Shown here: one piece after another, positions 28,501 through 35,584 of the stretch
How the letters are laid out: every line of letters begins with the position of its first letter
Numbering within the stretch: position 1 is the stretch's first letter
Virus record (IMG/VR): IMGVR_UViG_3300045988_083323
Coordinates: 1 to 40,279 of that record
Length of the DNA: 40,279 nucleotides
Source: a virus
Direction: 5' to 3' (one strand)
The notes under the pieces: generated by a model
Told to the model about the DNA's origin: nothing
Seen by the model: only the letters and a program-made list of their open reading frames with translations
Databases searched by the model: none
Program-made: the position numbers and the translations under genes

Positions 28501-31441
28501 GCTGGAATTCCGGAAGAAGTACTTCCACCACTTTGTCGAATCGGAGAAACGTAACTTCATCGGCGAGGTGTGGGATCTTATCATAAACAAAAACCCGCAG
28601 CAGATATCCCCTGCCATAGTGGGACGCAGCGCCAACTCCAAGGCAAAGTCCAGGTGGGCCGGATTTTTCCAGCAGCGGAAAGGACCGTACCATACGCCCG
28701 ATGCGGTGAACGGTATGCTCAGATACGCATCCCTGGCGGAGTACAAGCTGGCCTTTGACCCCCTGGCGGCATACCTCCGGAATGCGGAGAAGAAGATCCG
28801 GCAGATAAACGATGAGACCAACCGGAACTCCCTGCTTTTGTACCTCAACACCTGGACCAACCAGATCCTGGGCAAGAGCAGCGACTTTGACAGACTCCTT
28901 ACCGACCGCGGCGTGGTGGGACGTAACATCGTAAACGCCCTGCAGAAGCTCAACAGCCGGGTCATAAAAAACACCCTGTACTTTAACGCCCGATCCGCTA
29001 TCGTGCAGATCTCCAACATAAGCAACGCCGTCTCCCTGGTAACCAATCCCAAGGATTGGAAGAACGGCGTGCTGTGCTGGTCCAAGGCTGCCAAAGGGGA
29101 CGAGATGATGCAGAACATCATGTCGCAGAGCAACTTCCTGGCCTCCCGGTTTGCCGGGGTGGAGATGATGGATACCAGCACCATGGCCAAGGCGGAAAAG
29201 TTTGCCAACTGGATGCTGAGTATCGCAGACACGATCTCCGCAAAGGCTACCTGGTGGGCAGCGTACAACCAGTACGTCAGAAATCCCAACTCCAAGAGCA
29301 TCATGAGCATGCCCCGGAAGTACGAAAGCGCCGTAGACTATGCGGATGACGTCACCCGCAGGACCCACGGCGGCAGAGGCGTGGGAGAAAAGGCCCCCAT
29401 CATGACCAGCAAACTGGTGAGCTTCTTTGCGCCCTTCCAGCTGGAGGTAAACAACACCTATCAGCTGCTGAAGGAGAACATCAAGAAGAAGAACGCTCTG
29501 GGCATAGCCACCATGGAGGCCACCGTCTTTGTCATGAATGCAGTGTTTGAGGCCGTCGTAGGAAGCACCATCCTGCCCTTTGACTTTGTCCGGGCACTTA
29601 TAGATATTATCTTTGGAGCCAAGGACATCCAGGACGATGATGACGATGACCACAAGCTTGCATCCACGTTTAAGCTTATCGGGCAGAGGCTCGGCGCAGA
29701 GACGGTAAGCGGCCTCCCGTATGCCGGCATGATCCCGCAGTTTTTAGGCGAGGACACCACCAAGGCAGTCTTCGGCGAAACCGACATGACCAAGTACGGC
29801 AACGTCAACATGGGCGTAGGCGGCGCCGTAGGCATCGGCAAGGTCCTTGCGTCTCTGGCAAAGTGGGGCGCAGAGGGCGTCAAGCCGGACTGGTTCAGCA
29901 TGGTGAACGAGCTGTCGGAAGTCCTGCCTCCCATTGGCGGCAAACAGATAGCCAGGACGATTGGCGGCCTTACCACCGTAGCACAGGGATACTCCGGCAA
30001 AACCAACAGCAAAGGCGAGGACACGGTGCAGTTTGCAACGGACACGAATGTCCTTAACTACCTTCACGCCGGTATCTTTGGAAAGTGGGCGCTCACGGAA
30101 GCTTCCGAGTATTTCGGGGAAGACAGGATCCTGCCCAAGCTCTTTGGGTACTACAACGGGGAGTCTGCCAGTGCAGGATCTCCTGTAAAAGCAGAGGAAT
30201 TCCAAGCGGCCAGAGCGCTGGGTCTGAGCGGCAAGGGATACTTTACCATCCGGAAGGAGCTTAAAGGGTACCGTACCCAGGAGGGCAAGCGCAGCTCCCT
30301 GTACACCACCAACCTGACGCCCGCACAAAAAGCGGGGATGGATGCACTCCTGGTCAGCACCACGGGGAAATCCTCTGAGGCAAAGTCGGAAGGCGCCATT
30401 GTGTATGGCCGCACCAAACAGGAGGACGGATCCTGGGGCGAGTGGAAGGTCAAAGCAGATTACTCCAGCGAGGATCTGTTTAAGCTGTCACTGTACGGAG
30501 ATACCAAGTACAGCGCCGGGACCACGGCCCTGAAGAATGGGGCTGGCATAAAGGACGTGCTGAGCCTGCTGGATACGGTGGACGCCTATAACGATGCCAA
30601 CGAGAAGCCCATGACCGCCACCCAGAAGCGGGACTGGCTCCATCAGAACGTGAAGGATACCAAACAGGCTGCCCTGCTGGATGCGTACATCCTGAGCAAG
30701 AACAAGAGCACCAACGTTAAGGTGGAGGGGAACGTGGTATACACCATGTCTCTGGGCGAGGATGGAAAGCCCTCTGTGGCCAATGATGGCACCGTAGCCG
30801 AGTGGAAAGTGAAAGCTGACTACACGGACGATACCTGGTACGCCATCTCCCAGCATGGGGACAGCAAATACCAGAAGGGTCTGACCGCAGTGCGCAAGGG
30901 AGCCAACCCCAAGACCATCCGGAAGTATCTGGACGATATGCAGGCATACCAGGACAGCCACAAGAACCAGAGCATGTCCTCCGAGGAGCGCGGGCAATGG
31001 ATCCGGAAGAACGGCGGCACACCCAAGGAGCAGGCCATCCTGGATGCGTACATGCTCCGGAAGGACAGCAACACGGACGCCAAGGTAAAGGACGGCATCG
31101 TCTATACACTGGAGCTGGGCGAGGACGGGAAGCCTAAAGTGTATAAGTCCGGGTCTGTGGCGGAGTGGAAGGTGAAGGCCGACTACACCAGCGATGAGTG
31201 GTACGCAGCCTCCCAGACCGATTACTACAACAAGGCCAAGACCGCCTACTCTGCCTGCGGCATAAAGCCCACCGTGTTTGTGGACTTTTACACGAAGTGG
31301 AGCGATCTGTCCGCCAAGGATGCATCCGGCAAGACCGTCAGCGGCCTGAAGAAGAAACGGACTAAAGAGCTGCTGGATAAAATGAAGATCAGCACCGAGC
31401 AGAAAGCATACCTGTACTATAAGGTGTGCGGCTACAAATAA
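22508..31441 (+). CDS. Giant polyvalent virion protein (2,977 aa).
   Basis: The ATG at 22508 follows GTGAGGA. The protein carries the HExxH motif AAHELTHQMQ (25541-25555); a DNDVRHIRNRHG...IPYIL barnase/EndoU/RelE-like nuclease motif (about 26090-26440); a YHYTNSNF.AFD...GFFFAP...EYG...AYLNITN ART-like domain (about 27040-27440); hydrophobic helices and a D6 run (about 29400-29650); and three ~110-aa C-terminal repeats. Confidence 0.85.
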   Translation: MAIYDDTVKKYKQYLKDAQIEALMEKSRQYNRENAGNRADAVSQARSNYDTAYRGLQNMGLAGAKGTEITGEVPRLKTNIAGQFDRVNAQLYNREQQAVEALGGQYAAQTKAQQAAEAAARASAASQVESEEAAKRNAVGGLVTGAVSAALAGQTKPNANTATLIPSKGQRIGMENAAKARGTGGMVTAATAAAIAQQEFEQKKALAAMQALGIRRSKFAFSPTQKTAAKTTVNALQSSQAAQQEYLSAMEMLRRAQAGAQKDPRAGSGVAYYADKVGEILSNATIPTEQRVQMAMEYLQADVDEKTSPLADRKAKEIIASAYGLKVPKSDETFDAMDKARRSKPGKMGYGVGATYDKDAEIAFRQEQSNRAEYNYYMPAIANKIRYAGKTGKVNDKENDYVYSVINGKITEEDFKKLYGRSDPGTKNRYLLLDEEEKNAYNYLYEKKGLKAANNYADSLMPLLEMRGAEADKAAWEEYTKEHPVAANIHSVGLSAAEIAPAISRIGIGAYNEISGTKNPAYVDTNSTLYSGTNRRTTIRTKTSGMILGDNPTGWQKVKNFAYNTGMSMADSATMLPFAYAGLPWVSDLVFFSSASNDAYKDAISRGANQADAILAGSASGIAEALFEHVSLDKVVKMSTSGKGKFIMNILKQAGIEASEEACTSVANLITDKLFLGELSNNELDRKNYIQEYMATGMSREEAEKKADIQVFADTIKDIGMDALGGFASGLGFGLFGAATNAYTQKQIGKEVKQNSEVLDNDYRVAELLGGETADLARKYDQRSITEMEAGDLHTAIVSKLQEQAEVSEKNAETVAAVLDGREISADQAADMLQSSKDFLQEAGYDTSSAEALAASYNQRVEEVATAQKEAFDNRARDYNIKRAEEVYTDKEALRNVPLTLPTGVSPVQFADAERSNFKSRTTIQSDGVELQLSLMDMDGRFTNEQKLERARKAMTAQAQRKLDMIGKISKALGMDVVVHDYMRGSNGYFGEDGKIHFVLSGHMSVARVAAHELTHQMQSVASEKYTVVRDQLIEDVGQDRFDRLLKRKAAQYGYNMESEQGRLACDEEVIAELCEGMLSDKDRLERFAERHTDTALTLKDRLTKILNAIHATLKDTFGQNQNRISDMITDEKTADKWLDGLDEVLKKVQEKQAQENKSAIQYSVDETGMSAERKAEYDEYIQNALGGPGNNNEKQFTIGKVDARVAKWLERFGKKISSDAVHVIADNDVRHIRNRHGIAKEGQYGVTTGDIQAIPYILKNANEKYFFPRSDGKSGILYVTDGVDTTYYVEEIFSEDALTGKQMIKTKKGTVPSAYENIINNKEAFLAPLDNAADAVPGMYVQDVRQYNASANKISQADKSVKGKFSLDIDSGNLQAELYELKNQRKEMLEADEAYRKASEQRRYANTFAERVAASRALREAQEKIDTAEIDRKISELQDRISKMREEEVRKYREEKEKYAGTKTAGYSMEPDTRLKSLDAPYMEAVKSGNKSKAQKLVQQAAEAAMPKSVVRDSKGKLLKTYHYTNSNFTAFDRSTARTGNEMDGFFFAPDAESTSEYGKRQIVAYLNITNLAVDPVLDRKFDDSGTLLREKLAAQGYDGVARTENGKIYEYMVFDPEQIKLADAVTYDDAGNAIPLSERFNMGKKDFRYSLDTEQLEKTVRAIDTKALEEGLQSMTLTSNVNSFTMKDPSRFFDAISKNNTELRDELHDIFEKPHSEATGKYARGIKDMQERVRNIATEAGILSKDGKKFDKAASAAVQNIGEGIAPIACSVEAKVVEADTISLKATRNDSEILSGDFTLEEVVDKFGVENGNEILDKAFDQAQKDSEKGRKASAVEYESTTSPYTIDDLKAQFPTSWERLKAAADAYREMYDEYYENMNAMLREIYPNAFTSKDDTTAKIDALVEKKKHRIADAEQAILEREKTLKKVESEMAGKKRTDTKAYDTLRRRQTRLNESIADLNELIAGYNEDVAALAVKKNAILEDKSGESLNRMHKLEFRKKYFHHFVESEKRNFIGEVWDLIINKNPQQISPAIVGRSANSKAKSRWAGFFQQRKGPYHTPDAVNGMLRYASLAEYKLAFDPLAAYLRNAEKKIRQINDETNRNSLLLYLNTWTNQILGKSSDFDRLLTDRGVVGRNIVNALQKLNSRVIKNTLYFNARSAIVQISNISNAVSLVTNPKDWKNGVLCWSKAAKGDEMMQNIMSQSNFLASRFAGVEMMDTSTMAKAEKFANWMLSIADTISAKATWWAAYNQYVRNPNSKSIMSMPRKYESAVDYADDVTRRTHGGRGVGEKAPIMTSKLVSFFAPFQLEVNNTYQLLKENIKKKNALGIATMEATVFVMNAVFEAVVGSTILPFDFVRALIDIIFGAKDIQDDDDDDHKLASTFKLIGQRLGAETVSGLPYAGMIPQFLGEDTTKAVFGETDMTKYGNVNMGVGGAVGIGKVLASLAKWGAEGVKPDWFSMVNELSEVLPPIGGKQIARTIGGLTTVAQGYSGKTNSKGEDTVQFATDTNVLNYLHAGIFGKWALTEASEYFGEDRILPKLFGYYNGESASAGSPVKAEEFQAARALGLSGKGYFTIRKELKGYRTQEGKRSSLYTTNLTPAQKAGMDALLVSTTGKSSEAKSEGAIVYGRTKQEDGSWGEWKVKADYSSEDLFKLSLYGDTKYSAGTTALKNGAGIKDVLSLLDTVDAYNDANEKPMTATQKRDWLHQNVKDTKQAALLDAYILSKNKSTNVKVEGNVVYTMSLGEDGKPSVANDGTVAEWKVKADYTDDTWYAISQHGDSKYQKGLTAVRKGANPKTIRKYLDDMQAYQDSHKNQSMSSEERGQWIRKNGGTPKEQAILDAYMLRKDSNTDAKVKDGIVYTLELGEDGKPKVYKSGSVAEWKVKADYTSDEWYAASQTDYYNKAKTAYSACGIKPTVFVDFYTKWSDLSAKDASGKTVSGLKKKRTKELLDKMKISTEQKAYLYYKVCGYK

Positions 31442-31448
31442 TCCACGG

Positions 31449-31486
31449 GAGAGGGAAAGATGGCACTTTTCCTCTCTTTTTTTAGT
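31449..31486 (+). terminator. Intrinsic terminator after the giant gene.
   Basis: A GAGAGGGAAA / TTTTCCTCTC stem with the loop GATGGCAC, followed by TTTTTTT. Confidence 0.75.
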
Positions 31487-31512
31487 GTATTCTCATCGGA
31501 GAGGTGACTGAT

Positions 31513-31848
31513 ATGACGATAGATAACCTGGGTATTTTTCCCAACACCATAGCCAACCTGGAGGACAAGCCCAACCTGGCGGCACAGGCCATGAAAGAGG
31601 CGTTGCAACAGGACGTAAAGAGCCTTTGGAACAAGGTCAAGGAAGATGTTATCCCTAATCTTAACAACAAAGAGGACGCCCTTACAAAGGCCACGACCGT
31701 GGACGCCGCCTCTACGGACAACGAGATCCCCACAGCCAAGGCCACGTATGACGCCATCTCCAATGCCATCTCTCAGGGCGCTGCCATAAAGCCCGTGGTG
31801 GACTCCAACGGCGTGCTCTCCTTCATAATCTCCATGGAGGGCGAGTGA
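31513..31848 (+). CDS. Hypothetical virion-module protein (111 aa).
   Basis: The ATG at 31513 lies 9 nt after GGAGAGG. The track start at 31504 is a GTG abutting the SD. Confidence 0.55.
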   Translation: MTIDNLGIFPNTIANLEDKPNLAAQAMKEALQQDVKSLWNKVKEDVIPNLNNKEDALTKATTVDAASTDNEIPTAKATYDAISNAISQGAAIKPVVDSNGVLSFIISMEGE

Positions 31849-31849
31849 T

Positions 31850-32152
31850 ATGTACAGAGGCACTACCCCGGAGTTCAAGTTCACGCTCCCGTTTCAGGCC
31901 AGCGAGATCACGCTGCTCAACATCGCCATGGCCCAGAACGGAACCGTGAAGATCTCCAAAGCGTTGACCGACTGCACCAAGGACGGGAACACCCTGACGC
32001 TCACTCTGACCGAGGCGGAGACGCTGAGCCTGGCGGCTGGGAGCCTGGATATCCAGCTCAGAGTGGGCGTGGGGGAGAAGAGACTGGTGTCTGGTATCCT
32101 CCATGAGGAGGTACAGGACATCCTCAAAGGAGGCGCATTGGCCGATGCCTGA
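31850..32152 (+). CDS. Hypothetical virion-module protein (100 aa), beta-rich.
   Basis: Track ORF with the SD GGAGGG. The product starts MYRGTTPEFKFTLPF, typical of small Ig-like phage structural proteins. Confidence 0.55.
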   Translation: MYRGTTPEFKFTLPFQASEITLLNIAMAQNGTVKISKALTDCTKDGNTLTLTLTEAETLSLAAGSLDIQLRVGVGEKRLVSGILHEEVQDILKGGALADA

Positions 32153-32570
32153 TTTCTGCGTCCAATTCTCCCCGCAGCAGGAAGAGCTTTCCGCTGCGAT
32201 ATCGCAGCAGGGAGCGCATTTTTGTGTCACTATCGCAGCACAGGCGGAGGAGATGGATGCGGGGATCTGCCTGGACCCTATGAGCCTGTCCCCGCCTTTG
32301 AGCGCCGGGGATGAAACCTTTGACCCCTGTCTGTGCAACTACATCCGGGGACCCAAGGGAGATCCGGGAGACAGTTCCGGCGTGGCTACTCCGGCCACCA
32401 GAGACAAGCTGGGCGGGATCATGGTCGGGGATAACCTGTCAATTACAGAAGACGGCGTACTGTCTGTGGACACCGCCTCAGCTGTGGAGCAGGATAACAC
32501 CAGACCCATTACCAGCGCAGCAGTATATACGGAGGTGGGCAACATCAACGCCCTCCTGGCCAGCATTTAA
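32145..32570 (+). CDS. Tail-fibre-like protein with a short collagen-like stretch (141 aa).
   Basis: GPKGDPGD is followed by ATPATRDKLGGIMVGDNLSITEDGVLSV, the fibre motif AT...LGG.K.G..L.I..DG.L.V. The ATG at 32145 overlaps the previous stop. Confidence 0.6.
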   Translation: MPDFCVQFSPQQEELSAAISQQGAHFCVTIAAQAEEMDAGICLDPMSLSPPLSAGDETFDPCLCNYIRGPKGDPGDSSGVATPATRDKLGGIMVGDNLSITEDGVLSVDTASAVEQDNTRPITSAAVYTEVGNINALLASI

Positions 32571-32579
32571 GGAGCATAC

Positions 32580-33473
32580 ATGAGTACACAAACCGAGATC
32601 CTGCGGCTGCAGACCGCGCGAAACACCATCCGGGACAAGGCTGTGGAGCTGGGCCTGGGCACGTCCACCGATAAGATAGACGCCCTGGCCACCGCTATTG
32701 ACGGCATTGTCAATCAGGGAGCCGTAGACGCCAACGTTAAGGAGGGGGAGAGCTACACCATCCCCAAGGGCTACCACAACGGAAGCGGCACCGTCAAAGG
32801 CGTAACCGGCGGCGGCAACTACACCCTGCAGACCAAGACGGCGACCCCTACCAAAAAGCAGCAAAGCATTACCCCCGACCAGGGATACTACGGTCTGTCC
32901 GGCGTTACGGTCAACGCCATCCCAGAGGCGTACCAGAACGTATCCGGCGTCACGGCAGCGGCGGGAGATGTGTTGTCCGGCAAGGTCATTGTCAATGCCA
33001 AGGGCGAGACCGTAGCCGGTACCATGGCAGACAACGGCTCTGTGAACAAGACGCTGGATGCCTCCACCGGAAACCAGACCTATACGGTCCCTGGGGGCAA
33101 GCACAGCGGCTCCGGCACCGTGAAGATCGTGCTGGAAGAGAAATCCATTACCCCCTCCAAGTCCGCCCAGACTGCCACTCCCTCTGCAGGAAAGGTCCTC
33201 TCCAAGGTCTCTGTAGGCGCTATACCCTCCAACTATGGAGACGTCAGCGATGCGGACGGCACAGCTGCTGACCTGCTGGCGGATAAGATCCTGTACGGAA
33301 AAAACGCCAGCGGCGCAGCGGTGAAGATCACCGGCACCATGGCCAACAACGGCGCCATCTCCGGGAGCATTGACGGCCTGAACACCACCAGTTACACGGT
33401 GCCGGCAGGCTACACGTCAGGCGGCAGCGTCTCCCTCACCAGCGATATTGAGGAGGCCCTGGCGGCTATATGA
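32580..33473 (+). CDS. Tail fibre / receptor-binding candidate (297 aa) with internal repeats.
   Basis: Three repeats of a Y-T-(I/V)-P-x-G-(Y/K)-x-x-G-(S/G) segment (YTIPKGYHNGSGTVKGV, YTVPGGKHSGSGTVKIV, YTVPAGYTSGGSVSLT). The N-terminal helix is shared with the next gene. Confidence 0.6.
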   Translation: MSTQTEILRLQTARNTIRDKAVELGLGTSTDKIDALATAIDGIVNQGAVDANVKEGESYTIPKGYHNGSGTVKGVTGGGNYTLQTKTATPTKKQQSITPDQGYYGLSGVTVNAIPEAYQNVSGVTAAAGDVLSGKVIVNAKGETVAGTMADNGSVNKTLDASTGNQTYTVPGGKHSGSGTVKIVLEEKSITPSKSAQTATPSAGKVLSKVSVGAIPSNYGDVSDADGTAADLLADKILYGKNASGAAVKITGTMANNGAISGSIDGLNTTSYTVPAGYTSGGSVSLTSDIEEALAAI

Positions 33474-33730
33474 GCATCAAGAGCGAGATCAACCGTCTCA
33501 GCCTTGCCAAAGAGGACATTATCAACGCCCTCATTGAGCAGGGAGTGGAAGTACCGGACACTGCCACGCTGGATGACATGGGCGATCTGATACGCAGCAT
33601 AGGGGGGACGGGCGTGGTCCGGTACGATGAAGCACAGAGTCTGGATGCCTCCGAGCAGGAGCAGGCCCGGCAGAACATTGGCATAACCCTCCCCGTGGTA
33701 AACACGGACGGGGTATTGATCATCTTTTAG
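33470..33730 (+). CDS. Small fibre-associated protein (86 aa).
   Basis: The N-terminus SEINRLSLAKEDIINALIEQGVEVPDTATLDDMGDLIRSI parallels the N-terminus of 32580-33473 (TEILRLQTARNTIRDKAVELGL..STDKIDALATAIDGI). Confidence 0.55.
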   Translation: MSIKSEINRLSLAKEDIINALIEQGVEVPDTATLDDMGDLIRSIGGTGVVRYDEAQSLDASEQEQARQNIGITLPVVNTDGVLIIF

Positions 33731-33742
33731 TGAGGACAGCAT

Positions 33743-34177
33743 ATGAGCGTAACACCGATCAAAAAAATCAGAACGCAGGACGGCGATGCCCAGATAGACT
33801 ATGCCGCGCTTGTGAATGTGCCCAAGGGAGAGTCTGGAGGCCTGGCGGGGCTGGACGATAACGGCAAGGTGGCAGCAGCACAGGCCAGCGCAAAGGTCAT
33901 ATCCAAGAGCGCAAACTTTACCCTGGCGGCAAGCGACCTGGGGAAACTGCTCCGCGTCACCAACGGGATCACGATCACCATTCCAACCGGGCTGGACGGC
34001 GAAGTGGAGATCTGGCAGGATGGAGGATCCACCGTCACCATCGCCGGAAACGGCGTGACCTTTTATTTCCCCGGCAATGCCGATACCGCCACCAGCTTTA
34101 CCATCAGCGACACATACGGCCTGATTGCCGGTAAGGCCCTCTCCTCCACGGAGTGGCTCTTTGCAGGCAGCGTATGA
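33743..34177 (+). CDS. Tail-fibre-like protein (144 aa).
   Basis: GGLAGLDDNGKVAAAQ matches the common fibre motif GGLA.LD..GKVP..Q. The SD GTGAGGA lies upstream. Confidence 0.55.
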   Translation: MSVTPIKKIRTQDGDAQIDYAALVNVPKGESGGLAGLDDNGKVAAAQASAKVISKSANFTLAASDLGKLLRVTNGITITIPTGLDGEVEIWQDGGSTVTIAGNGVTFYFPGNADTATSFTISDTYGLIAGKALSSTEWLFAGSV

Positions 34178-34938
34178 GGATGAGCAGACTCCTGGGGATC
34201 ATAGGCGGCGGAGAGGCCCCCTTTGATGCATCCAGTTATACGTTTACCGGTATCTCTCAGCTGACCACGGATGAGGACGGCAACTGGGAGCTGCAGCTTA
34301 AGACGGCCGGCACTCTCACATTCAACCGCAAAAAGAAGTTTGCCATAGACGTCTTCTGTGCCGGCGGCGGTGGCGGCGGTGCCAGTACCGAGCTTGCCAA
34401 CTACGGGTCCGGCGGCGGTGGCGGCGGCAGAACGGCCACGCAGAAGAATGTCGAGGTAGAGAAGAACGGAAGCTATACCGTAACCATAGGCGCTGGCGGC
34501 GGAATAGCGGCTACAGGCGGTACGTCCTCCTTTGGGAGTATCAAATCCGCAGCCGGTGGATCTCCCGGTACGGCCAGCTACAGATGGGGCACAGGCTCCG
34601 GCGGTAACGGCGGATCCGGCGGCGGCGCCGGTGCATACTCGGACAACTCCGGATCCACTGGCGGCACGAACGGCGGCAATGGCGGAAGCGCTTCTGCCGG
34701 CAACAACCCCGGTAAAGGCGGTACCGGACAGGGCACCACTACCAAGTCCTTCGGCGAGGCGTCCAGCACAAAGGTGTTTTCTGCCGGCGGCGCTGGCGGC
34801 GGACGCAACAGAGGCAATGGTGCTGCCGGGACTGTCAACACGGGCAACGGCGGCGGTGGCGGCGGTACATACGGATCTTCCGCCCATACGGGCGGCGCAG
34901 GCGGATCCGGTATCGTCATAATTAGAAATGCAAGGTAA
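34174..34938 (+). CDS. Glycine-rich tail-associated protein (254 aa).
   Basis: FCAGGGGGGAS...YGSGGGGGGRT...YTVTIGAGGG...GGAGGSGIVIIR follows the pattern of phage glycine-rich domain proteins. The ATG at 34174 is ATGA-coupled. Confidence 0.65.
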   Translation: MRMSRLLGIIGGGEAPFDASSYTFTGISQLTTDEDGNWELQLKTAGTLTFNRKKKFAIDVFCAGGGGGGASTELANYGSGGGGGGRTATQKNVEVEKNGSYTVTIGAGGGIAATGGTSSFGSIKSAAGGSPGTASYRWGTGSGGNGGSGGGAGAYSDNSGSTGGTNGGNGGSASAGNNPGKGGTGQGTTTKSFGEASSTKVFSAGGAGGGRNRGNGAAGTVNTGNGGGGGGTYGSSAHTGGAGGSGIVIIRNAR

Positions 34939-34947
34939 GGAGACAGC

Positions 34948-35193
34948 ATGAATTACGCAACAAACTTTGCCGTGATAGCGAACGGGAAGGTAACCAACCT
35001 CCTTTGGGGGATGGTATACAATTCTGACGAATTCCCCAACGCCGTGCAGATAGACGGTCTGCCCGTGCAAATCGGGGATGACTATCACGATGGCGCTTTC
35101 TGGCGAAATGGCGTGAAGGTGGAAAAGGCAGAGGACGAAGCAGCCGATATGGCAGAGGCTTTGTCCATACTGGGGGTGAAAGTAGATGGGTAG
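34948..35193 (+). CDS. Hypothetical protein (81 aa).
   Basis: Track ORF with the SD AAGGAG. Confidence 0.55.
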   Translation: MNYATNFAVIANGKVTNLLWGMVYNSDEFPNAVQIDGLPVQIGDDYHDGAFWRNGVKVEKAEDEAADMAEALSILGVKVDG

Positions 35194-35584
35194 ATGGACC
35201 GAGGCAGCAAAGAAGATCCGGGAGATCATGGACAAGGCCGGGCTTATGCTCACGGATGAGCAGGCCCTCACCGTGCCCGGGTTATTTCCGAAATGGGAAC
35301 CGGACAAGGCATATGCCGTGGGAGACCGGGTGCAGGACGAAAACATTTTGTATGCCTGCATAACCGCTCATACCTCACAGGCGAGCTGGAAACCGTCCCT
35401 GACCCCGGCGCTGTGGAATAAGATATCCATAGAGGAGTGGCCGGAGTGGGTCCAGCCTGCCGGCGCACACGATGCATATGCCAAGGGGGACAAGGTCTCT
35501 CACAACAACAAGCGCTGGGTAAGCACCGTGGACGCCAATACTTGGGAGCCCGGCGTGTATGGATGGGAGGAGTCAAATGGTTGA
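35186..35584 (+). CDS. Protein with two CBM5/12-like carbohydrate-binding motifs (132 aa).
   Basis: W.PDKAYAVGDRV..ENILYACITAH.SQ.SW.P...PALW, and again AYAKGDKVSHNNKRWVSTVDANTWEPG. This is the aromatic/G-D-x-V pattern of chitin/cell-wall-binding modules. Confidence 0.55.
   Translation: MGRWTEAAKKIREIMDKAGLMLTDEQALTVPGLFPKWEPDKAYAVGDRVQDENILYACITAHTSQASWKPSLTPALWNKISIEEWPEWVQPAGAHDAYAKGDKVSHNNKRWVSTVDANTWEPGVYGWEESNG

Noticed and set aside
22508-31441. Calling the giant ORF simply a tail tape-measure protein.
   Set aside because: There are no adjacent tail tube or chaperone genes. Its HExxH, nuclease-like and ART-like modules fit polyvalent ejection-type proteins better. A measuring role for the C-terminal third cannot be excluded.
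34174-34938. The glycine-rich gene, or the octapeptide-repeat gene, as the variable-region target of a diversity-generating retroelement.
   Set aside because: No reverse transcriptase gene is visible in the window, and I saw no template-repeat/variable-repeat pair with adenine-specific differences.
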